Notes under the pieces: generated by a model
The model's input: the letters and a program-made list of their open reading frames with translations, nothing else
Database searches by the model: none
What the model was told of the DNA's origin: nothing
Virus record (IMG/VR): IMGVR_UViG_3300005831_000023
DNA from: a virus
DNA: 64,000 nucleotides
Strand: one strand, 5' to 3'
Part shown: positions 8,898 through 15,612 of the stretch, piece after piece
Position numbering within the stretch: position 1 is the stretch's first letter
Layout: each line of letters starts with the position of its first letter
Translations under genes and position numbers: made by a program

Positions 8898-10169
8898 TTA
8901 CTTTTTATTTTTTTTCAACTTCTTTTTTATTATTTCTTGATTATCTGGGTTGGAAATATTTTTAGCAGCATTATAATCTGCATCAAGTTTTACTCCACAA
9001 TTAACACAAACAAATTCATCTCTTTTTACTCTATTGTCTTTATCTGTATGCCCACACCCACTACACTTTTGACTAGTGTATCTTGGGTTTATAAGTTTAA
9101 CTTCAATTCCAACTTCATCAGCTTTGTATTTAATCTTTTCTTGTAAATCGAAATAGCTCCAATCTTTAAGAAATAACTTATCTTTTTTAATATTTGATAA
9201 GTCTTCCATCTGTATTATTTTACAGTTATTCTTAACTGCTAATCCTACAATATATTTAGAATATTTATGGTTAATCAAATCTTTAAAATTAGCTATTTTC
9301 TTTCTCACAACTCTTACATATTTAGACCTATGTTTATATCCTCGACCTTTTATAGCATCGCTTTTTATGCTAGATTGCAAAGACTTTAATAAAGATTCTT
9401 GTTTCTTTCTAAAGCTGTCTATTTCGCCTCCTCTTATGTGATATCTTTTTAAATTATTATTAAATGCCATATAAGCAGCATTTACTATTCCCATGTCTAT
9501 ACCCATTATATTTTTATCACTTAAAAGTAACTCTTTCTTTTCCATACAATATGTTAAATTAATGAACCATTTATTCTTACTAAAAATTATCATTGAAGCT
9601 CCGATTTTATACTCTCCAGATAGCACGCTTTCAATTATTTTCTTTTGGTAATTACCATCAACTTTAATTTCTACGCAAACATGGCAACTACCTTCGTTTC
9701 TTGCAAATAACCTTAAGTCTACATAATACTTATTTTCATTTTCAATAACTTCTATGCTCTTAGAATGTAAATCTATAATACTATTTTTATAAGATGGAAT
9801 AGACATCTCACCTTTTAAAAACTTCTTCTTACTATCATTCCATTTCTTGCAACCTCTTTGAATAGAAGTTGAAATATTAGCTTTCGATAGCATTGGGTAT
9901 TCGGTTCTGATTACTTTATCACAATACCCACTAAAAGATTTGTATCCTAATATACTTAATATATCTGGTTTACACTCATGTTTGATATAATAATCCGAAC
10001 AATAATTATTCCATTCCCAATTTAATCTAATTGTTTTGTTCAATACTTTTTGTGTTTGGTCTTGAAACTCCACAAGTTGTTTCTTAAAATCTTTGAAATC
10101 TATACCCTCAGAATCGATTATCTGAAAGCGCATCACTTTATTTATTGTATCAATTTTTATTTCGTCCAT
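8898..10169 (-). CDS. cas12f: Miniature type V effector, Cas12f/TnpB-like RuvC nuclease (423 aa)
   Basis: Split RuvC motifs appear intact: GIDMG (D225, codon 9495-9497), IQMEDL (E322, codon 9204-9206) and DADYNAAKNI (D398, codon 8976-8978). Also RYTSQ plus a CxxC..CxxC zinc ribbon (C369/C372/C388/C391). Strong SD GGAGGA lies 6 nt upstream of the ATG. The gene sits directly next to the array. Confidence 0.85.
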   Translation of the reverse strand: MDEIKIDTINKVMRFQIIDSEGIDFKDFKKQLVEFQDQTQKVLNKTIRLNWEWNNYCSDYYIKHECKPDILSILGYKSFSGYCDKVIRTEYPMLSKANISTSIQRGCKKWNDSKKKFLKGEMSIPSYKNSIIDLHSKSIEVIENENKYYVDLRLFARNEGSCHVCVEIKVDGNYQKKIIESVLSGEYKIGASMIIFSKNKWFINLTYCMEKKELLLSDKNIMGIDMGIVNAAYMAFNNNLKRYHIRGGEIDSFRKKQESLLKSLQSSIKSDAIKGRGYKHRSKYVRVVRKKIANFKDLINHKYSKYIVGLAVKNNCKIIQMEDLSNIKKDKLFLKDWSYFDLQEKIKYKADEVGIEVKLINPRYTSQKCSGCGHTDKDNRVKRDEFVCVNCGVKLDADYNAAKNISNPDNQEIIKKKLKKNKK

Positions 10170-10170
10170 C

Positions 10171-10599
10171 TCATTCCTCCAGCATATTGTATATACAAAG
10201 TATGGACATATTAGCTACTTGACTTTTATTTACACCCCATTTTTTAGCAAGGTGTATTGTCAAATCATTAACGGAATTGAGCATATTGAATGATACATGT
10301 GTTGTATCTTTATTCTTCTTTATTCTATTATATGCAGTTCTAACATCATCAATATCTTTTATTTTAAATTTCAAATCTTCAAAACTTGTTTTTTTATCAA
10401 TTAATTTATTAATTTTCAATAAATCTTCTTGACTCAAGTTTTGTAAGTTTTCTATAATATTATCTATAGAAGTTTTAATTATAATCTTCTCTTTAATATT
10501 TTCTTGAGTTTTATTTTTTTTTGGATAATTAGCAGCTTGTTCTATATCTATATCTACGCCTTCATTTTTATTCTTCTTATTCATTTTCATACCTCTCAT
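10171..10599 (-). CDS. Putative centromere-binding partition protein (ParG-like, C-terminal ribbon-helix-helix)
   Basis: Follows parA with a 23-nt overlap. The C terminus THVSFNMLNSVNDLTIHLAKKWGVNKSQVANMSILCIYNML has a strand-helix-helix pattern. Alternative starts exist at M4 and M6. Confidence 0.5.
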   Translation of the reverse strand: MRGMKMNKKNKNEGVDIDIEQAANYPKKNKTQENIKEKIIIKTSIDNIIENLQNLSQEDLLKINKLIDKKTSFEDLKFKIKDIDDVRTAYNRIKKNKDTTHVSFNMLNSVNDLTIHLAKKWGVNKSQVANMSILCIYNMLEE

Positions 10600-11356
10600 T
10601 AATTTTTTTTATAACTTCATTTGTCAATTTTGCATATTGTCTGGATATTTCTAATTTATTATCAAATAATTCTATAGGAATACTTAGTTCTTGAGATCGT
10701 ATAATATTAACAGATTCAGATAATATTGTATTAAATATTTGGTTACTATCAAAATATTCGCTCATCTTTTCAAAACATTTTTTTGTTAAAGTTGTCCTTT
10801 TATTTGCTCTAGTTAATACAGTTCCCAATATTTCCAAATCGCTATTAGTATTATTTCTAATATCGTTAACTAAATTTATAATCCTGTTAATACCTTCAAA
10901 TGAAAATATTCCCACATCTATTGGTATTATTAAGTAATCGCATGCTGATAGAACATTTAAAGTTGCTATTCCCATTGTTGGTGAACAATCAAATAAAATA
11001 AATTTATAATCATCTTCTACCTCAGATATTCTTTTTTTGATTATCAATTCTCTAGCTAAATAATTTGAAAAGTCTAGATCGATGGAAGTAAGTTCCAAAT
11101 GACTTGGTATCAAATCCAGATTATCAAACTTAGTTTTTAGTATTGCATCTTTAATTCCTATTTCATTTTTAAGAACACTGTAAATATTTCTATCTTTGTG
11201 AGATTCTTTTTTAGTATAAATTCCTTGACTTAAATTTGCTTGGCTATCCATATCTACTAATAATGTTTTATACTTTTTAGATAAATTATATCCAATATTA
11301 ATAGTACTGGTAGTTTTAGCAGTGCCTCCCTTTTGGTTAAACATAGCTATTTTCAT
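10577..11356 (-). CDS. parA: ParA-family partition ATPase (deviant Walker A)
   Basis: MKIAMFNQKGGTAKTTST (KGGxxKT), DMDSQANLS and IIPIDVG. 259 aa with no N-terminal HTH, so it is type Ib-like. Confidence 0.9.
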   Translation of the reverse strand: MKIAMFNQKGGTAKTTSTINIGYNLSKKYKTLLVDMDSQANLSQGIYTKKESHKDRNIYSVLKNEIGIKDAILKTKFDNLDLIPSHLELTSIDLDFSNYLARELIIKKRISEVEDDYKFILFDCSPTMGIATLNVLSACDYLIIPIDVGIFSFEGINRIINLVNDIRNNTNSDLEILGTVLTRANKRTTLTKKCFEKMSEYFDSNQIFNTILSESVNIIRSQELSIPIELFDNKLEISRQYAKLTNEVIKKINERYENE

Positions 11357-11373
11357 ACTTCATCTCCCTTTTT

Positions 11374-11402
11374 TTAATATGTTTATAACTATAACATATC
11401 AA
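11374..11402 (-). promoter_or_regulatory. Candidate par operon promoter overlapping an inverted repeat (operator / parC-like)
   Basis: On the minus strand: TTGATA (11397-11402), 17 nt, TATTAA (11374-11379). Overlaps the inverted repeat ATATGTT..AACATAT (11376-11398). TAATATGT motifs recur at about 11420 and 11430. Confidence 0.3.
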
Positions 11403-11800
11403 AAATAAAAATACAATCATAATATGTTAATAATATGTATTTGTTATGTTTATTATAAAAATATATTAATAATAACTATATTTCGACAAAAAAAATAAGA
11501 CCGACCGAAGCCAATCTTATTCATCTTTAAGCTATCTGAAATAGCATCTTTTTTGAAAGTTATAGAATATTCGACAAAATAATTTAAATTAATCAAATAT
11601 TCCTCTTTTCTTTTGAAATAAAACCTGTTATTATTTTAGTTGTAAGTGACACCCTTATCAAAAAAACTTACATTCACATCAACCGAACTACCAATTCTGT
11701 TGATGTATATACAACTAAAAAATTCCAATTACGCCAATTTAATACAGCCATTGAAAAACAACCCGAAATTAAATATTGGTTATGTAATTGTAATACAAGA

Positions 11801-11847
11801 CCCACTAAGACCCACTAAGATACCACTAAGATACCACTAAGATACCC
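11801..11847. repeat. Iteron-like tandem repeats upstream of rep
   Basis: CCCACTAAGA x2 (11801-11820), then TACCACTAAGA x2 (11821-11842), then a partial TACCC. Confidence 0.7.
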
Positions 11848-12077
11848 TTATTAGGTGTTAAGCAAGTAATTAATTTGTTAGGACTATAGCGAACGAACCC
11901 CATAAGGAACGCCCCATGGATAAATTATAAAATAAAACCTACAATAAAGCAATACTTTTTTATACTTTTTTACATTAACAAAACTTATTAAAAAGTATTG
12001 GTAAAACAAAGTGTTTTTCGACAAATAATCACATGCTATTTATTGACGTTTTAAAGCATGTTTAAGACACTTAATTT

Positions 12078-12112
12078 TTAAAATGTATAAATAATCGTCT
12101 TATACATTTTAA
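12078..12112. promoter_or_regulatory. 13-bp perfect inverted repeat upstream of rep (operator or structural element)
   Basis: TTAAAATGTATAA (12078-12090) and TTATACATTTTAA (12100-12112) with a 9-nt loop. Confidence 0.35.
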
Positions 12113-12166
12113 ATCGTTCAGTATGCTTTTATTTGATAAACAAGATTATATTATAGATATGATGCT

Positions 12167-12304
12167 ATGAATTTTTTGTCTATAGGTTCTAAAAGTACTA
12201 TATCCAAAATATTTAAAAATTTACGAGATGTGGAATTAATTAATGAAATAAAAGTTGGATTTCAAAATACTAATAAAATTTATGTAAAAAATATAAATAT
12301 ATAA
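12167..12304 (+). pseudogene. 45-codon ORF resembling an isolated winged-helix segment of the downstream Rep (remnant or mini-gene)
   Basis: MNFLSIGSKSTISKIFKNLRDVELINEIKVGFQNTNKIYVKNINI parallels Rep residues ..MLNCSEHSSIKYAKELIKYKLIEEDRIGYNQSNRIYL. No clear SD. Confidence 0.25.
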
Positions 12305-12318
12305 AGGAGTTACCAAAA

Positions 12319-13491
12319 ATGATAAAAATTAAAAGATACAAAGCAGAAGATTTAATTAAAAATAAATTTTATGAAATGCCTAAATTTTTACTATATAATG
12401 AGTTTAAAGGTTTATCTTATGGTGCTAAGATATTATATGTGTTACTTAAGGATAGACATAAATTGAGTATGAAAAACAATTGGGTGGATAAATATGGATA
12501 TATATATCTAATTTATACACGAAAAGATATGGCTAAAATGTTAAATTGTTCCGAACATAGTTCTATAAAATATGCTAAAGAATTAATAAAATATAAACTT
12601 ATTGAAGAAGATAGAATTGGTTATAATCAATCAAATAGAATATATTTAACAGAAATTACCATAGATATATACTCCAAACACACTGATATCAAGGACATGA
12701 ACAAATTGCAGTATGGACATGAAGAAAGTTCATGTCCGGACATGAAGAAAGTTCAACCTAATAAGAATAACTTTAATAATAATAATTCTACTAAGAATAA
12801 ATCTGTCTGTTCTGAATCAAAAGATGAACAATCGTTCGAACAAAAAACAGAAACAGACAGACAGACAGATATTGACATAAAAAATGATTTATTGGAAAAG
12901 GTTAACATCAACCTAAAAAATGACAAAAAAAAGGATTCATCAGCAAATACTAATGAAAACCTAAAAAATGACAATAAAAATTGTTTGGGTAAAGATCTTA
13001 AAATCAACACATTAAGCTATCCAATCAATTTTATTAAACAACATTTTAAGTTTAATGAGCTGATAAGTCAACCACCAATACAAGATGAGATTTTTGCAGA
13101 GTTGCATAAAATATTAAATTATAAGTCTCAAACCATTAAGATTGGCGCCAAGATACAAGATGAAGACATTGAGATATTTAAACAAAAGCTTATGAAACTT
13201 ACACCAGAAGACATACAAAATGTGGTAAATAAGGTCTTAGAAGTTGCAAATAAAGAATATGTTCAACATCCAGACTTGCTAATAAGGACTAAGATATACT
13301 ACCAGTTTAAATCTAGCATTAAGGCACTATCTAAAAACAATGCAAAAAGGAAACCAAAAGAACCTATACCAACAGTCAATAACATACCACAAGTACCACA
13401 GGAACGTAATTATGAGCAAAGAGAATACACAAGTGAGTACCTTGAAAGCTTTTATGAAAATTATTGGGATAAACATACTAAACCAGAATAA
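12319..13491 (+). CDS. repA: Plasmid replication initiator, RepA_N family
   Basis: The N-terminus FYEMPKFLLYNEFKGLSYGAKILYVLLKDRHKLSMKNNWVDKYGYIYLIYTRKDMAKMLNCSEHSSIKYAKELIKYKLIEE..NRIYL matches the RepA_N pattern. SD AAAGGAG upstream. Low-complexity central region with DNA-level repeats. Confidence 0.85.
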   Translation: MIKIKRYKAEDLIKNKFYEMPKFLLYNEFKGLSYGAKILYVLLKDRHKLSMKNNWVDKYGYIYLIYTRKDMAKMLNCSEHSSIKYAKELIKYKLIEEDRIGYNQSNRIYLTEITIDIYSKHTDIKDMNKLQYGHEESSCPDMKKVQPNKNNFNNNNSTKNKSVCSESKDEQSFEQKTETDRQTDIDIKNDLLEKVNINLKNDKKKDSSANTNENLKNDNKNCLGKDLKINTLSYPINFIKQHFKFNELISQPPIQDEIFAELHKILNYKSQTIKIGAKIQDEDIEIFKQKLMKLTPEDIQNVVNKVLEVANKEYVQHPDLLIRTKIYYQFKSSIKALSKNNAKRKPKEPIPTVNNIPQVPQERNYEQREYTSEYLESFYENYWDKHTKPE

Positions 13492-13494
13492 TAA

Positions 13495-13977
13495 ACGATT
13501 TAGAGGCTAAATAAGACGTTTAAATATCTAGAGGTCCAATTATACCATTTTGTCATTTAAAGAGCTTTATGACCCATACAGACGTCAAATTAGACCATAT
13601 ATGATGTGGTATAAACATAATCGATTTATTGCTGCTGCTATTAACATAAAATATTAATGTTAATGACAAAAATAAGGACATAATAAAATTAAGCGATTTA
13701 AAGGCTATTTAAGACATTATAATTTCTAGACACAAATTTATATGATTTTAGCATTTAAACTCGAATATGGGCAAACAGACGTTAAATAACACTATTCTGG
13801 ATGGGGTAATAGCATTAAAAGATATTAAGACATATTAAACATTTTATTAAAATATATTGCGAAGCGTTACAAAGCGATTTAAGACAGTTTAACTTTTGAG
13901 AGGTCAAATTATATCACTATGCACTAAAAATATCGTGTATGGGCAAGGAAACGTTAAATAGACCTATTCTGAAATGA
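13495..13977 (+). repeat. Three imperfect ~105-118-nt direct repeats downstream of rep
   Basis: Units at about 13495-13612, 13691-13806 and 13871-13977. They share the blocks GCGATTTAA(A/G)GGCT / TAAGAC / TCTAGAGGTC-AAATTATA / CAGACGT(C/T)AAAT(T/A)A(G/A)AC..TAT. Confidence 0.75.
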
Positions 13978-13992
13978 GAAAGGATATAGACA

Positions 13993-14133
13993 ATGCCTAT
14001 CAAAACTTTAGAGGAAACATTTGACATAATTAATAAAAATAAAGAAATAGCATTAAATGGAAAATATGTTAATGGAAATGAATATGAATTAGAACTTGTT
14101 AATATATACAAGAATTGTATTTTAGAAGAATAA
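13993..14133 (+). CDS. Possible small ORF (46 aa)
   Basis: ATG preceded by AAAGGA at 8-nt spacing. MPIKTLEETFDIINKNKEIALNGKYVNGNEYELELVNIYKNCILEE. Too short for the supplied ORF track. Confidence 0.3.
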   Translation: MPIKTLEETFDIINKNKEIALNGKYVNGNEYELELVNIYKNCILEE

Positions 14134-14298
14134 TTAGAAAATAAGTCGCAATAACCATTTATTGTATGTAACTGCCATAACTATATACTTTTTTAAATAT
14201 AAACTTTATTGGCATTAATAGTAATGCTAGTATAAGTTTTTTAGTTATGTAATTTTATAAAACATTAATAAATATATTACATAATATCAAAAATCTGC

Positions 14299-14323
14299 AA
14301 AAAAAAAGTGATAATAATATCAC
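14299..14323 (-). terminator. Weak intrinsic terminator candidate
   Basis: GTGATA-ATAA-TATCAC hairpin (14308-14323) followed on the minus strand by a T9 run (plus-strand A-run 14299-14307). Confidence 0.35.
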
Positions 14324-14442
14324 ATAAAAAAAATCAATTCTCATGCTCCTAGTGCATCTTAAATAGTATACAAATATATACCTTTTGTCAATAAGTATAG
14401 TGTATAGTGATAATATGTATATTTTGTAAATAGTTTATAAAA

Positions 14443-14493
14443 CAAAAAAAATTAGCCTAACAATACAATATTTAACTATTATATCATTAGGCT
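14443..14493 (-). terminator. Intrinsic terminator candidate at the end of the late gene block
   Basis: AGCCTAA / TTAGGCT stem (14454-14460 with 14487-14493) just after the stop at 14499. Followed on the minus strand by AATTTTTTTT. Confidence 0.4.
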
Positions 14494-14498
14494 TTATA

Positions 14499-14837
14499 CT
14501 ACTTAGTTTTTGGTAATTTAAATACATTACTTTCGATTAAAGTTTTAATCAACTTATCAAATCCGTTTTTCTTACTTAAACCAAGTCTACTTGTCATTTC
14601 AAGAACTATATCAAATGCATTCTTGAATCTATCAATATTTTTATCATTCTTGTATAATTGTTCTGATAGGTTTACAGCATGTCCTACGATCGATTCTAGA
14701 GCCTTAATCTTATCCAAGGTCAAATTATACCTTGATTTATATAAGTCTTTTAAATACAAGAATAACGTGTATAGAACACATACTAACAAAACAAAAGTTA
14801 AAACTCGAACGGAATTATTCATTATTAACGCATACAT
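14499..14837 (-). CDS. Membrane-anchored hypothetical protein (single N-terminal TM), last gene of the lysis cluster
   Basis: 112 aa. N-terminal hydrophobic helix VLTFVLLVCVLYTLFLYL. Lies directly downstream of the endolysin gene. Contains the spacer 2 match. Confidence 0.7.
   Translation of the reverse strand: MYALIMNNSVRVLTFVLLVCVLYTLFLYLKDLYKSRYNLTLDKIKALESIVGHAVNLSEQLYKNDKNIDRFKNAFDIVLEMTSRLGLSKKNGFDKLIKTLIESNVFKLPKTK
14777..14810. other. Protospacer: perfect 34/34 match to CRISPR spacer 2 (8478-8511)
   Basis: CACATACTAACAAAACAAAAGTTAAAACTCGAAC is identical on the plus strand at both sites. The next base (G) also matches the first base of the following repeat. The match covers codons ~10-20 of the 112-aa gene. 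Confidence 0.95.
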
Positions 14838-14855
14838 ACAAAAATCTCTCCATTT

Positions 14856-15611
14856 CTATTTGCCAAACATTTTTAATACTTTACTTAACATTACAGCAAC
14901 TTCTTCTCTTGTTGCAGTATTCTTTGGATTAAAATTACCATTCTCATCTCCAACAATAATTTTGTTTCCGCATAAATGATTTACTGAATCTCTCGCCCAT
15001 TCTGCTATCTCGTCATGGTCATTAAATATTCTAGCTTCGACTTTTTCAATAACTGGATCAGTCAATGGAACATCTAAATAATATAATATTCCAACAGCAA
15101 CATTATTTGAAATTTCATTCATTTGATTTACTATAAAATTAGCATCATCTTTATTATCATGAAATGCAATTTCTACAAGGCTTGCAGGAGCATTAGTGGA
15201 TTCTAATTCATACATGCTTTTACCATCGCCATAAAAATTCTTACCAACCTTTACTCCTCTGTCTTTAGTAGGCGTTAGAGGTTCTAGTTGACCATAAATA
15301 GCACGAGATAACTTCTCACCTTCTCCACCAAACATATGACAAAAAACTTCACAACCACGATCATCACCAGTATTAGCATTTGAATGTATTGCGATATGCA
15401 CATCTACGTTTTTCGAGTTTGAATCTTTTACTATTTTAGATAGCGTCCAAGTATTCTCACTCCTATAAACTATCACTCCTCTAGATTGAAGTATCTTTTG
15501 TATGTTATCAGTTATCAAAGCCATGCGATAAGCTTCTGTGCCATACTCGCCAACTCCAACATTATCAAACTGATTTGATCCACTTAAATAAACACTTTTC
15601 ATAAAATTCAC
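14856..15611 (-). CDS. Endolysin: N-acetylmuramoyl-L-alanine amidase (Amidase_3-type) with a C-terminal SLH-like wall-binding module
   Basis: Motifs HIAIHSNA and SLVEIAFHDN. C terminus EWARDSVNHLCGNKIIVGDENGNFNPKNTATREEVAVMLSKVL is SLH-like. Confidence 0.9.
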   Translation of the reverse strand: MNFMKSVYLSGSNQFDNVGVGEYGTEAYRMALITDNIQKILQSRGVIVYRSENTWTLSKIVKDSNSKNVDVHIAIHSNANTGDDRGCEVFCHMFGGEGEKLSRAIYGQLEPLTPTKDRGVKVGKNFYGDGKSMYELESTNAPASLVEIAFHDNKDDANFIVNQMNEISNNVAVGILYYLDVPLTDPVIEKVEARIFNDHDEIAEWARDSVNHLCGNKIIVGDENGNFNPKNTATREEVAVMLSKVLKMFGK

Positions 15612-15612
15612 C

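Noticed and set aside
8937-9146. 69-aa plus-strand ORF inside the Cas12f-like gene
   Set aside because: It is antisense to the zinc-ribbon/RuvC-III coding segment and has a hydrophobic junk-like composition.
8672-10169. Reading the nuclease as an ordinary IS200/605-type TnpB mobile element
   Set aside because: No Y1 or serine transposase (tnpA) is nearby. The gene is embedded in the par operon with a 1-nt intergenic gap. It is followed by a multi-spacer array, not a single guide at a transposon end. Descent from TnpB remains likely.
11646-11840. 64-aa ORF in the par-rep intergenic region
   Set aside because: Its 3' end is simply the translated iteron array (..DPLRPTKIPLRYH). No SD. More likely a non-coding origin or centromere region.
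11881-11930. Locally G/C-richer patch (GGACTATAGCGAACGAACCCCATAAGGAACGCCCCATGG), considered as a tRNA or small RNA
   Set aside because: No cloverleaf arms or convincing stem-loops could be drawn by eye. Left unassigned.
12753-13010. 85-aa minus-strand ORF inside rep
   Set aside because: It is antisense to the low-complexity central region of the RepA_N gene and has a repeat-driven composition.
13917-14111. 64-aa minus-strand ORF
   Set aside because: It overlaps repeat unit 3 and the more plausible SD-preceded plus-strand 46-codon ORF. Hydrophobic junk-like sequence with no SD.
14623-14979. Plus-strand ORFs 14623-14979 and 14732-14932
   Set aside because: They are antisense to the membrane-protein and endolysin genes, both of which have clear protein features.
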